From contig MU061579.1 in NCBI GenBank assembly GCA_013265495.1, positions 3,593,319 through 3,657,318 on the forward strand: DNA of 64,000 bases, written 5' to 3'. Shown in pieces: positions 11,299 through 25,290 of this stretch. The stretch comes from Vicugna vicugna. Its lineage: Eukaryota. The notes under the pieces were generated by a model. The model did not search any database and was not told the DNA's origin. It saw nothing but the letters and a program-made list of their open reading frames with translations. The number at the start of each line of letters is the position of its first letter. The first letter of the stretch is position 1. The position numbers were made by a program, and so were the translations under genes.

Positions 11299-12764
11299 TA
11301 ACCACTAAGTTAAAATAATTTGTAAGAAAGATGATATGTGAAATTGACTATTTATCATTTTCAATAAAAAATTGTCTAATATAGTATTTCATTTAACTTA
11401 TTAACCATTTTCTTGATATCAATTTTATAAATTTTGTGAAATATTTTATATTATTACTCACTTAGGTGGAAATATTTTACTTACATATCTTTGAATTTGT
11501 TTTCCTTTACTAAAATTGATCTTTAAAGAAATATCTTTATAGACACATAATTTTCACACTATTCCCCATATTAAATGGTAGATAAGACTTTCTTCTTGAC
11601 ACATGGTCCATAAGAGTTTCATAAATTAAAAATTGAAGTACATGAGTCATTCAATGTAAGAATTTCCAGAGACATTAGAAATTATCTATTCTACTTTCCT
11701 GATACCTACTTATTACAACAAATTCAACAAAGTGTTATATATTTACCTGCATTTACTGACAGACTGCTGTTGATTATTTCAAAATTTGTTTAAAAGTACA
11801 TAATTTTAGATATGAAACATAGTTTCGTATCACTTTGTTCATAATACCATGTAACACATGAGGAAACTGCCACCCAATGGGTCCAAAACTTTGCTCATTA
11901 AGTAGACAAGTAATGCTAAGTTACATCCCATAAACTCAAACCAAAGTTCTCTGACAATTCGTTGTAACAAATTATCTTCATGAATCAAGAATTTGCTTTT
12001 AACATTTTGCTTTAGGAGCATATATGTCTAAGAACTAAAAGGAGTTAGCATATTTTTTAATTTAATATAATTAAACTAGTATTTAGAGAGATTCTGTGTG
12101 AAAGTTAATAGACACAGTGCTGAGAATGAAGAAAATCACTCTGATCACACTGGTTTCTGCTCTCAAGGAGCTTATTGTCATGGGACAAGGCAGGCTGGTG
12201 TTGCAGGTGGTATAAGAATTTACCAGAGATGAAGGAAGAGAATAATAAAGGGGTTTATCATATACAACAGCGGGCTGCAAAGAGGAGAGGTGCCTGTGTG
12301 AGCACTAGGGGTTGCTTGCTGAGGGAGGGTTACATCTGGTACCGCACAAGATTTGATTGGTTGTAGGTGAGGTGAGAAGTTTAGGGTCAATGAAAGGCAG
12401 TGGGATATGACTCTGAAAAGGTGGAGACGTGGGCAGAAAGGAACTGAGCCAGTGTGAGATTAGGCACTACCTAGGACTATTAGTTTGTTAGGGTAAACGT
12501 GCCCAGTAAAGAATGTACTTTATCTGTTGAGGGATCTCATGCAGGCATCTGGGAGACCAGCGGTCATTACACTCTGAAGGATGCCAGTTGACCCCACACT
12601 TGTAACCCCATTTGGCCTCAAAGAAGACATATACAATTAGTCTGTGACTCCAAAATTAAAATAAACCAGCTGTATTTAATAAAAAGTAAATGATTTGCCT
12701 CAAAATCTTTTATGTGACAAATGCTTTGAGAATATTTCTGCATTCAGTTTTTAATAGTGATTCA

Positions 12765-12925
12765 AATCCAGTGTATTACAGTAGACAGAAACTTTGAACC
12801 AGACAGACATAAGTTTAAATCAGTTTCTGCAACTTCGCTCTGGGCAGTATTTTAACCTCTTTTCAATATTGGTTTCTTAATTTTTAAAGTGTAAATAAAT
12901 ATCACTCTTTCAGGACAACTGTAAC
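12765..12925 (+). mobile_element. MIR fragment
   Basis: GAAACTTTGAACCAGACAGACATAAGTTTAAATC...TGGGCAGTATTTTAACCTCT...GTTTCTTAATTTTTAAAGTG matches the MIR core. Confidence 0.6.
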
Positions 12926-13241
12926 ATTTACATGTAAGATTTACATGAGCCATACACAGTACTTGGACAGCATCTGGCATTCAAAAAAACAGGTATTTCT
13001 CTGGTGTTATGTTTAGGTAGTAACAGATGCATGTTGTTAAGATTCCTAGACACACAGTAGAACTTAAAATAGAAAAAAAAGAAAAAGAAAGAAAGAAAAA
13101 GACTAGATATTTTTTCCAAAACCTAATCAGATTGTATCAACTAACATTTAAGTGTTTCAGAGAACTAGGGTAAAAACAACAAAAGTGGTCAAGATTTAAG
13201 AGAGAGAAAAAATGCTTCCCTCAGGGATTTTCAATGACTTA

Positions 13242-13717
13242 TGAGATAGGAGGAAAGAGGTCAGGGCACAACTATTAAAGGAATGACATAGCAGATGGGG
13301 ATAGCACAGACTAGCTGGAACCAAGATGGCAGAATATGCAACTTCCAGTAGACTTTGAGCCTCATGGCACATCCACAGGCACCATGACAGTTCCCAGGGT
13401 GACATTAGAAGGTCAAAAGGTGGGAGGGGGGCAATTCCTGAAATTCTCACCCCTTCCCCAACATAATCCTCCCACTCATTACCATATGAATTACCCTGCC
13501 CATACAAACTAAAAACCCCACCCCTTGTTAGTTTTGCCTCCTGAGATGGCCCTCATTCTGCTATTGAATGTGTTCCAAGCCGCTCTCCCTTCTAAGTAAG
13601 ACTGACTGCACTCTCTCTATGGAGTGTGCATCTCTCTAAATAAACTTGCTTTCACTTTACTAGGCCTCACTCTTCAATTCTTTCCTGCGTGAGACAAGAG
13701 CCTATTCTTGGGCAACA
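13242..13717 (+). mobile_element. MER41-like ERV1 solo LTR, copy 2
   Basis: TG...CA termini; TGAGATAGGAGG, AACCAAGATGGC, CACCATGACAGTT and TAAATAAACTTGCTTTCACTTTAC blocks; aligns end to end with the reverse complement of 10714-11298. Confidence 0.85.
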
Positions 13718-13749
13718 CTACTTAAAGAATCAAATAAAAATTCACAGAA

Positions 13750-13910
13750 GTCACAGAATTATACAGGTAGAAATGAGTTGAGAAATTATATAATACAAAT
13801 CTCTTGTTTTACAGCAGAAGAAACCAAGGTCAAGAGCACTTGGATTAATTACTAGAGTCAACATAGTGAGCTGAAGACTTGCAAAGTTTCCAGACTCGCT
13901 GCCAGGTCCT
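13750..13910 (-). mobile_element. MIR/MIR3 fragment
   Basis: TCACAGAATT...CTCTTGTTTTACAGCAGAAGAAACCAAGGTCAAGAG...GTCAACATAGTGAG. Confidence 0.6.
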
Positions 13911-14664
13911 CTTACAAGACAATAAACTACCCTACTTGAAAAAACAGGTGCTCAAACATAATACACAATGTAAGCCAGAAAAAAAAAAAAGAAGCAGGAA
14001 TGCTACAAAAAGCAGAAGTAAGAAGCTTAAAAAGAACTTACAGGTAAAATATAGGTAATTATAAACTCCATACTGCTCGGTTTTTATCTTTACCACACCT
14101 TCCAAATGGAATTTATATAATGTTCATCCCAATTATTTTATTAAGGTCATTCAATTCTAAGGAGTTACTTACTCATTGATGAATGTGATATTTTTGAGAC
14201 TGTTTAGTTACTGCAATTATTAATATTTAACATATAATCAAAGAACCATTATTCCTTACTGACAAAATCTCTGAATGGCCCATAATAACCTGCCTTTTTG
14301 TGACATTCTTAAAACAGTGATTTGCCATACATGTATACCATATTTGTAATTAAGGTACACATGAAAATCTAGACATCTTTGTTTATGAAATACTTTATTC
14401 AAAGTTTATAAATGTGACACTGAATATCTGTTATGTCCTGATCTACGGTAAGGAGTGAAGTGTATATTCAAACTCAATGGAAAATAACATCTTGTTTTAA
14501 AATTAAAAAACAAACAAACAAACAAAATAAAAAAACCTCTTTATCTACCACATTTATTTACAATAAATATAACATTGGGGACATTAAATCATCAGTATAA
14601 TTATATTGGTCTGAAAACATTCTAAAAAGCATGTGTGCATATTTGACATGAAAACTTTAAAAAA

Positions 14665-15675
14665 TTAGTTGTTTTTTTTTTTAAGAGCAGTTTTAGGTTT
14701 AGAACAAAATTGAGCAGAAGGTACAAAGGTGTCCCATATGCCCCCTGCCCCTAGGGATGCATAACTTTCCCCATTATCAACATCTTCCACCGAGTAATAC
14801 ATTTGTTACAGTTGTTGAACTGTTGACACCTCATCACTCAATGTCTATAGTTTATATTAGGGGTCACTCTTGGTGTTATTCTATGGGTTTGAACAAATGT
14901 ACAATGATGTGTACCTACCATTGTAGTATGACACAGAGCATTTTCACTTACTTAAAAATCCTCTGTGCTCCCACTTATTCATTCCTCCCCTCCTCCTAAC
15001 CTCTGGCAACTGCTAATCTATACTATTTTATAGTCTTGCCTTTTCCAGAATGTGATAGTGGGAACCATACAGTATGCAGCCTTTTTAAATTTGCTTCTTT
15101 CACTTAGTAATATACTGAAGGTGACAAAAAATAATTTCCCCTTTACCCTTCCAGGTTTTTGGCTAAGACACTCCAAGTTGTAATAAAAGACAGATTAATA
15201 GGGGAAAAACAAGCAGAAGTTTTTTTTTTTAATAAACGTAAATATCTTTTACAAAATCACAGTTCTACTCAGTTTTTACAGCTTTTCCTATGTGTGCTGT
15301 TTCTTAAAAATAATCAGCCTAAAATAATCTTTATGCCAAAGACTTATATTTTACGGTAATAAGTTCTGCTTTCCTTAATTACATTTAAGTTTCCTCCATG
15401 ACTTTTCATGGCTTGATACTGCATATCATTTTAGCTCTGGATAATATTCCATTATTTGGATGTACCACAGTTTACTTCTACATTCACCTCTTGAAGGACA
15501 TTTTGGGTGGCTCCAAGTTTTGGCAATAATGAATAAACCTGCTAAAAACATCCATGTGCAGGTATTGTGTGAACATGAGTTTTCAACTCCTTTGGGTAAG
15601 CATCAAGAAGCATAATTGCTGGATCATGGCAAGATGTATTAAGTGGTAAGATTGTGGTAAGAGTGTGTTTAATTT
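14665..15675 (-). mobile_element. L1MC1-like L1 3' end, interrupted by an LTR
   Basis: TTAAGAGCAGTTTTAGGTTTAGAACAAAATTGAGCAGAAGGTACA...CCCATTATCAACATC...; the L1 resumes at ACATTTAAGTTTCCTCCATG after the insert. Confidence 0.85.
15116..15378 (-). mobile_element. Internally deleted ERV1 LTR nested in the L1
   Basis: TGAAGG...AAATAATTTCCCCTTTACCCTTCC...AAAAGACAGATTAAT...AGAAGTTT...CTTAAAAATAATCAGCCTAAAATAATC; splits contiguous L1 sequence; near-TSD ATAC/TTAC. Confidence 0.7.
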
Positions 15676-18600
15676 CATAATAATCTTTTAAATAAAATAG
15701 CTTGGGCTAATTAGAAGAACCAAAATTAGCATCTTTTAGAATTAATTTTTTCCTCTTTCATTTATCTCATCCTATTGAAAAACAAAAACGTAACAGAAAG
15801 TGAGGTATTTACTCTTAGAGGAAATGAACTTTTTTAGTTATTAAAAAAAAAAACAAAACACACAGACACTTGATCTTCTGTCAACCTTATGCTGACAGCA
15901 AAATTGCTTGGCATTAAAATTGTATGTTATTCTTTTCTCTAGATATAAATTGTTTGAATGGTGTCATGTATTAAATATTATTCAGCAGAAAAGAGTATAA
16001 AGAGAATACATTTCCACAAGTCTTACTGAAATTTATAAACCAAATATATATGTATTATATATAATATATATAGTTTAATGAAGCATATATTGCACAAAAA
16101 TCCATTTTAGTTGAATTTAACAGGATCTTTAATTTTCAAGAGAGAATGTTAACTTTCTTCAATTGATCTTTAAAATACATAGATGTTCCTCCAAATTCAC
16201 ATAATTATGTGCCCTACTCTAGGTTCTTTCAAGGGACTATAACTTGGGAACTGTATAATCATAATATAAATTCAGAGCTGGTAAGTAATACTCATAAAGA
16301 ATTAACTGAAGGATCTATAATTCACCCATTTCCTGCAATTGTCCAATGTTTACTGCAGGATCTAGGTGGGCTACCAGAGAATTACATTATTGTCTGGACT
16401 TTCTGCAACTTCCTCAAATTGGAGTCATTTTAAATAAACATTCTTTTAACAACAGTCATCTCTTTCTGATACAGAGTCATTAAAATATCCACAAAACTAA
16501 AAATTACATCTGTTTTAGTATAATTATTCAAGATACAGATATAGATTCGGAAGCATTATAGAGGATGTTTTCCTCAGAGCAAGTATTAAAAAAAGCATTG
16601 TCTTTCTAAAAAAGCTGGTATTAACTGGTTAGTATCATACATTGTCAACATATATTACTTTTTACATTTTGTTCCAGTAGTTAGTGAGCTCATATTTGGT
16701 TTATTTTTCAGCTTAAAAGATGAATATTGTGCAGAACCAGATAACATGAGCTTCTACTAACGCTCATGATTCATATAACCTACAAATTAATTGTTTTAAT
16801 TTATTCTAAAATTATTTTTCATCTCCTACATAATTATATTTAAGTGAGTATGATTTTAACAATTTTTATTTTGGCTTTATTCAAGGCAAGAAAAAGTTAA
16901 TAAATACAATTTCAAAACCAAATGGCTTGATCAAAATGTACCTACCCACTTAGCATCCACAGTAAATATTCTGACTGAAACCATTATATATTTTATTTTA
17001 TCCTCTCAGTATATACTCATTGATAATTTTGACAGAATTATTAAAAATCACAGAATGCTTTAATATTAGTCAAACACTTCTTTTCAAGAAAAATGGCTTC
17101 AAATTAACCTTATGCCTGTACACCAGAGATTTACATTGATTTACTTGAAAAATGTTAAACTTACTGAAGCTAGAAGCTGCCTATATTTCCTGTGCTATAC
17201 ATAATATTTTGTACAAATAAGGGCTTCAAATATTTGTTGAATGTATGCTCAAAGTAATAAGCTGTATTATCTTTTTTCAGTTTATTTTAAGATGAGGTTG
17301 AGAGATCATAATCTATGATATTTGAATATATTACATAAATAGCACAAAGTACTTTACTGGCATATTTATTTGTTATGAAATTCTTACTATTTATACTTTT
17401 ATCTCACAGAGAGATTCATGATGTGTCAAGTGCCTACAATAAACTTAATTCTTGATATATTGGATTATGGTGGCTTCTGCTCAGTTGATATAATATTTAT
17501 GTTCTATGATTATCTTAGCTTTCTTAGCTTTGCATCAAATAATCAATATAGTCAAAATAAGAAAACATATCATAGGAATATGTATCTTCAAATGGTCAAA
17601 ATAAAATTGTTATGGGAAAAGTGTGCTCAAAGTATTTTATAAAACTGCATCAATTTCATTGTGCTTAGTTCTGTTACAATTATCCCTCTTCATTTAATTT
17701 GTATACTGTGAAAATTAAAATTTTATAAACCATATAATGTATTAATAAACACACTACCATCACCTAATCCTCAACTCAGCTAAACAGAGTTTTAAACATT
17801 ATGAAATAACTATAATATTTCAATAAAATGACATTGTGCAATATCGTTGAAGCAGCAATTACCTTAGTAGATGATCTTGGCCAAAGAGTGTCAAAGGGCA
17901 TAAGGATAATGACTTGTATATAAAAAAGCGGTAAGACATAATAACCCTTAGTAAAATAATTACAAAATTGCATCGTAATATTCCTATTTCTTAAGGTAAT
18001 AGATTTGTGAGGATAATATACGTTGAAAAGTATTACTACTTGTTCATGTCTCTCGGAACTTAGAAAATGATTTTGTTTTTACCTAGTTTACTATGAAGTC
18101 CCAGGTTCTAAATTCTCGATAGACTTTTAAGAGACAAGAACCTTGATGGGGTGAAGACTGGGAACAAACCATACATTTATTCATGACTACCCTGGAAGAG
18201 CTAAAGTAAACTCAACCAGAAACCTGGAAGACACCTCACAAAGAGCCTCTGAGGAGCTGAGATACTAGCCTTCTTACTGAATGAAATCATGAGCCATGTC
18301 TTTCTTAGACAGTAATAGTCACTGAAGTTGCCATAGCCCAGAATATCTTAATTCATAAACTTGGATCCACAGAAGTGATTACTATTCAAAATATTTTTGC
18401 TGAGTGTATAGTATATGATAATTTTTGTGAGATATACTGTAAATCCTACAATTATTAATGAGATTTTCTGATATATGAAAGGAAAAATGTATTATACAGA
18501 CAGTGTAGAGAAGTACAAAGAAGAGATATGTCATAAAAGATGAAGGATGTTGGCTTTCTTTTAGAGAATGGATGGAAGGTAAAAATGAACCACCACTGCA

Positions 18601-21600
18601 CAAAAAAACTCTTGGCCAGTAGATAGAATTTAATAAATAAAATAAAACAACATAAAATATAACATAAAATAAGATATATGCATAGCACTTAAATTTACTG
18701 TTCAGAAAGAAGAAATCAAAGAAAGTTCATTATGGAGAAAGATTCAGATATACTTCAAAATCCAACTATTTAAATATTGTTTAAAGAGATCATTTCAAAA
18801 GTTTGGGAGACTTGTTTTTAACTAAACTTTTCATATAAATTTCAAATTGTCTTTGATGTTGTTGAAGTGCTAATTATGAAGATATTTAGTTTGTGTAGAG
18901 TAGTAGTGAAGGGGTACATATTAAAGCAAGTTCGGGACAAATTATGAAAAACCTGAATGCCTGGGGAATCTTTATTTTAGACTAAATTCAGTGAGTTTCA
19001 GTTGGAGGATCTGATCATGATTACGGCATAATCAAAGTGAAATTTAAAATTTAATGACTAATCTCTCAGAGGCAATGGTTAGAAAACTGGAGAACTAAAA
19101 ACAAAAACAAGAACACTCTAATTGGAATCCTAGAAGCCTGCGGTTGGAGTCTGGTCTGTTAATGGTCTATTTGGTCAAATTACTTGCACTACCTTTTGTA
19201 CTGAGGTTATCTTTCTAGCTATATTACAATGTTAGCATCAAACTGAACATTGTATCACAGCACACATTGTAGAGTTTGTGCTTTTGTATACATACCATAT
19301 ATAGTTGTATGGAGGTAAAAAATATATATAGATGGGGATTTAAAAGATGAGTTTGTTACAGGGACCATATCAATAGAACCATGATGGTTGACTAGATAAG
19401 GTGGGAAGGAGCAAAGGAAGGTGGAAAGAACATTAGCAAATTTATTCCCAGATGTGAAATAAGAATCTACAGTTAATACAGTTGCTTACTCATCCCTGAC
19501 TACTAAATGTAATACAATCTCAGTTCAAAATCATATAACAAGGTAAATCAGGTTGTCATTTTTGTCAGTACACTGAGGAAATTACTATGGTCTGGCCATA
19601 ATTAGAGATTTTCAGAAAATAACTTCTTAGAAGGAAAAAAAAAAAAAAACGGTTTTGACTGCCCTGTTAAGATTGCAGAGTGATTTGAGGGTCATGTTGG
19701 ATCCTGTAGCTCACTTGACCTGCTTACTGATTTTCAATTCAAGTTGGCCTCTTCATGCAGATTTCCCTGATTCACCTGTAGTTTTTTCTCCAATAATGTT
19801 GGTTTCATTGAAAAAAAAATACAACTTCATTTTTTTTAAGGAAATTATGAAGACCTCTCTTAAACCTTAAGGACTAATTTTAATTGTGAAGAAAGAAGGT
19901 ACTTAAATTGGAAAAGTGGCAATGGTACAACAACAACAAAAGAAGAAATGCTGAACAACTCACTGAAGGGAAAAGTCTCTAGTTTCACTTGGTAGCTAAG
20001 GATACTTCTCATTCCAAAGCTATGAAAAAGCTTGACAGTGAAGAAGGATTTGGGAAGTGGGCCAGGATGGGGAACAGAAGGTGGAGGAGGGTTCAGAAAG
20101 GAAGGGCTTAAACTGAAAATGCTTTATGATTCCATTGCTACTTTTCCAGCACTATTTTAGTGGATCCACAAGGTAAGCAAAAGGTGGGCGATCTAATCTT
20201 AGAATAGGTTAGTATAAAATCATAGAATTGTGGCAAATAATTGCAAAGGTTACACTTAATCTTTAATTTCAAAAAGGATATAATTATCATAAGCTGTGAA
20301 TTTAGAATCTCTTATTAATATAAGACTATCATAAAAAGAAAACAGATCTTAAAGTGTATATATATACATATGCATGTATATAGACATATATTAATATAAT
20401 TTGTATCTATGTATGTGTCATATGTATACAAAATAGAGCAAATTATAATCTTAAAGTGCTGAATCTGTAAACATATAATACTATGTTTATTTTTTAAACT
20501 ATCAAAGAAATTAAATTAACAATTATTAATATTTATGTTTATCAATACTTTAAGACTATAATTTGTTCTGATAAAATACACTTATATAGTTTAACAGTTA
20601 ATATTTATCTGACTATGATATGCAGGGATAGGGCAATATATTTTGTTACACAAATGGTAAAGCAATAATACAGTCTCATTAAAGACAGAAAAAATCTATT
20701 TCTGGAAAATACGAAAGAAGAAATTTTGGGACAAATGCTGCATCTAACACAAAAAAGCAGCAATCTCATTGGATAATCAAAATTATTCTGTTATCTAATT
20801 AAATATGCAAAATTTATTTTATAGGAATTATGTAGCTCCCCTTTCTGTTTTGAATGAATGAACAAGTTATATAATTGCTTGGTGTTTTGTTTCACTTTGC
20901 TTGTACAGGCAAAAGATATATGCAAATACGAAGCCACTATGTAAAACAGCAAAGTGAATTGTATCCCTGATTAAATATTTCATATGTATTTAGTAACAGA
21001 ATATTATCATGAGCATTAACTCAGGGACAAAATACGTATTTTGTCACATAGGAAATAAAAGGATAATAACACTTAACAGTGAAAATTTTCTAGTTTTGTC
21101 ACTGTGGAGGATTCTCCATTGGAGGAAAAAATAATATGTGTATTTGGCACAGTTGTTAAAATGTATTAGCCGGAAATCAGAGATAAATGGTGTAGTTTCT
21201 AAATGGCACTGACATTTGAGCAATCAACATACGATATTTTGGAGATGAAACAAGTAGTAATTATATCAGAAGTGATAGCAATTTTTGCCTTCATAGAATC
21301 TTACTTAATGGCAGCAACAACACACTTTAAGTTACCTGTGGTGATCATGGGGAAATACGCACACTATCCCAGCTCCTGGGTTCATGAACCGACAAGCAGA
21401 AAACGTCTTCAGTCTACTCTACCTTCTCAAAACATTTACCCAAGCTAGCATTTTTCAACACATAGTTCTTTATAACACGCCACAGAAAGAAGGAATAAAC
21501 AGTTCATAAGAATTTGAGAGTTATTCATGCTCCACCTTCCTTTTGGAAATCTAAGCGCGCACACAACATACCTATCCGTAGTATGTTATTTATAGTGTTA

Positions 21601-24600
21601 TAACTATGTATTTATAATTTTGTATAGTAATAATTTAGTTACAGTTATGATTACATGTATGACGTATAGTAAATACAGTTCCTCTGTTTTGTTGTATCAC
21701 AAATTCTCAAACTTCCTTTGCTGACATACTCTCTTTCTGCCACCCCAAAAGTGCACTGAGAACTGGTAAACGTTTAAGTAAACATTAATGACAGCTGGTG
21801 AGTCCCTCAAAATTGATGAAAACATTTTATTGTAGGCCTAAATCAACCCAAACTGCCCTGCTTGGGGGAAAATCATACTGAGAGACTAAGATGGTGTCAG
21901 GAGCACATTAGGGAAATTTAGGACACTGGAGTAGCTTAGAAGGTCACATCCTGTTCCTTGGAACCTAGGAGCCTGTACCTAGAGGCTGCTCAATAAATTT
22001 AATTAAATCTACTAAAGTAATTTAAAGTAATACATGAATGAATCTCCTGAACTTAAGAGATTCTGGGCAGAACTTATCTTAAAGAATATAACCTTCCCCA
22101 AAGATTTTATTGACCCCTAAGCATGTGTCCTAAATAGATGAGTTTGATTAAGATCACAGACTGTAAAAAATCTTAGTAGAAAGATTTACTTCATACTAAC
22201 ATAACTTATAGCTATGTTATATTTCTAACTCTACAAATTATACACTGTATTTATGTAGAGTCCATTCTCCAAAATGATTATTTGTATCATTCATGAAACT
22301 GAAACAATACAGTTTGCCTGGCATTAAGAGTGACAGTGAGAAGGTACACATTATTTGGCCCCAAGTTAACTATTAGAATGTCATCCCCTGATGACAACTT
22401 TATTTCACTTTGTCAATAGTTGTATTGCTACTTACACTGTTTTGGAAAATAAGCCTGTTTTAGGCCTCTCCAAGTGAATAATTTCCTCAACAATTGCAGA
22501 ATCTCAAGATTTGATTATATAAGAATCCTTAAATATAAGCCTAAATATTTATCTATGTCTATATGTTTTAGGAGAAAATAATTCTTTTCTTTGAATATTA
22601 ATGAACATTAATTTCCCTTCAAAAACAGAAGATAACTTAGATTTAAGTTTCCATTTCATAAAGACATGTTATACATGGTACTCTTATTTATAAGAGGTTT
22701 CTCCTACAGTTTAGCGTATACTCTTCTCCTGGCTAAACTGAATAGATGTTGATGAATAAAGAATCCAAAGATGTTGGCTTCAGGGCATCTGAGATCAATC
22801 TCATTACACAATATTGTTAAGAAAGCTGTTAGTTTTATACAGGGCAACTATTATATGTGACATACAGTAGGCAAAAGGTTAAATACATATTGTAAATTTT
22901 TCAAAAATAAAATTGTTCCAAATTAAAGTGAATTCATGAGAGAATATGTGCTGTCATGAATTCAAAAAAAAAAAAAAGACAATTTTATAGGTAATTTGAG
23001 CCTCAGTTTAATTCATGTCACCATATTGAACTTCCAAGATAGAGTAAGTGGTATTTTCAGCAAACTTAAAGTAAAGCATTAACTCTCTCACAGCATTCTT
23101 GCTGGAGATTTACTTCCACTTTCTTCCACTGTGTGTATAGTTCGCAAAGATATGAAATTATCACAGCTCTTATCACAGCTTCATTACAGTAGGATATAGT
23201 AATTTAAGAAAATCAGAAGCAATTTTAAAGCAGCTTTAAAAACGTTGTTTTTGTAAAAATCTGTGTCTTCACTAAGTTATCAGGTTGTGACATGTGAAAT
23301 TATCTGGGTGAATTATTTCTCGGAGATCAAGAAAAGATTCTCACTGAAATTATGCAGATGCCTATTTCTTTGGACCAGATCAAGCAGAAATCAGTGGGAC
23401 TTTGATTTTAATTTTATTGACAGAGTTTGAACATGCAGCTTCATCTCCTTAAAAATAGAATGTATTCTGAACACCCAAAATATAATTATTACCTGAAGTA
23501 TATTATACTGACACATAATATAGTAATACATGTATAGTGGATAATATATATGTAAATATAATGAACTATTATACATTAAATATCATTTTAGGAGCATATA
23601 ATATGTTAAAGGTACCTTAATTGTGGAGTTGATGGTTTTAGATAAAATGATGGCATTTACACTTTAAAAAAAAATCTTGTTGAAGATAGGTATTTTGTCT
23701 CTATGTATCTCTTAGGTTGCATCACACCTGTTTTTAGCACCTGGCATCAGTTTCTTTGTAAAATATAACTACCTATCATTTTTAAACAAGCAAAAAGAAA
23801 TGATTAAGGATGACGAAACTGCATACTGTACCTAGATTCATCATAAAATTATAGGTATGTCAATACAAACTTGGTGTTGTGAGCTGAAAGGTTTAAATGC
23901 CATAGCTGTTTTCTTGATGTTAAAACAGAGTAACTATCCAGGTGTGGTGATATTTTCAGTTAATGTTTCTGCAGAGATAATTTAAGGCTTATCAAATTAT
24001 GACAAAGTTTTAATCATATGTTAGGTCACAAAGAACTAATCTAAATCTTTCCTCAAGGAAGTTTGCTGAAGTCAGTTTGAATGTGAACTAATATGCAAAA
24101 GTGAGCTTGTCTATCTAGGTCATTTATCTATCACCATTTTTTCTTCAGTTCACCAAGCTCCTCTCTATCCTCACTGGTAGTTGACAGATGTGTGGCTTAT
24201 ATGCAAATATAATGTGCAAGATAATTCATTTAATCAAACCAATTAGCCACTTCTTTCATGAGACACATGTTGATTTCCAATCTAAACTTAACAGCTTTTT
24301 GTGTTCTCACTGAATTGCATAGTGAAAATGCAAATTTTTTTTCTGGTTGGTTGTTTCCAATGGAATTCATCATAGAAATAGAGAGTTTAAAAAGCACTCG
24401 ATTCATCTGAGATTCAATTTGATCTTAAAATATTGATTTAAAGGATACATTTCGAATATTGGTTTTATGTTGGATGGCTAGAAAATAGCAGACAGGTAAA
24501 CTGGACCCAGTCCTGTGAAAGCTTTCTGTGGACAGGATCTGTCACATTATCAAGTAGCAGATATTTAAATAATTTGTGCTGAATCGAAGAACTAGTTAAA

Positions 24601-24964
24601 CTGAAATTTAATGCAATTTTAAAAGATGTCTATGTAGTGACAAAGATCCTGATTATAGAGGAATACTGTACAACTCAATCTATCAGAAATTCTTATTACT
24701 TGGTATACATGTTTCTGGAAATAGCTGTTTATTTTACTGAATTTTTCAGTTGGGATTTAAATGTTTAATATCATGCGGCTTTACTGGCAGAAAAGAGTAA
24801 TTAGGCAGTACAGTTTTACATAACATGAGGCTCTGGAATTAAAAAGAAAAGATAAAAATCAATGATCATTTCTGTTGGGGTGATTTGGTAATGACTGGAA
24901 ATTTTAGTTATATCTTCCACTCCAGAGAGTATCATTGGGAGCTGTAATAATTTCCTAAAAGCAA

Positions 24965-25085
24965 AATATTATGAGCGGGGTGTTCAACTCGGATTCTAAT
25001 TCTAGTCAGAGGTCTACCATCAACAACATGCCAGAGACGGGTAAGTGAGTAGACTTTTCTTTGCCTCTTTCATCATTTTTACTCG
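24965..25085 (+). mobile_element. MIR fragment
   Basis: GGATTCTAATTCTAGTC...GGGTAAGTGAGTAGACTTTTCTTTGCCTCTTTCATC resembles the MIR core. Confidence 0.45.
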
Positions 25086-25126
25086 AACTTTGTGTTGTAT
25101 GAATTCTCAAATAATATAATGGACGT

Positions 25127-25290
25127 CAGTGTTTCCAAAAGTTTTATTACATTAATGTAAGTCCTGAGAGATGCTCTACAAAAAATGTGTTTGTCCTTAA
25201 TGAATTTAGGAGACCCTTGTGCTATGCTACTTGAAGATTTTCATATACATTAGCATATTAAGGGCTCACTGAAGTCATTCAATACATTGT
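25127..25290 (+). mobile_element. MER103-like hAT-Charlie relic
   Basis: CAGTGTTTCCAAAAG terminus and ACATTAGCATATTAAGGGCTCACTGAAGTC block. Confidence 0.65.

Noticed and set aside
17776..17990. Minus-strand peptide KVIAASTILHN resembling the Harbinger/HARBI1 transposase ACCVLHN motif
   Set aside because: Only a short match; the upstream FG.LK.RF motif is absent at the expected spacing. An HMMER search with DDE_Tnp_4 would settle it
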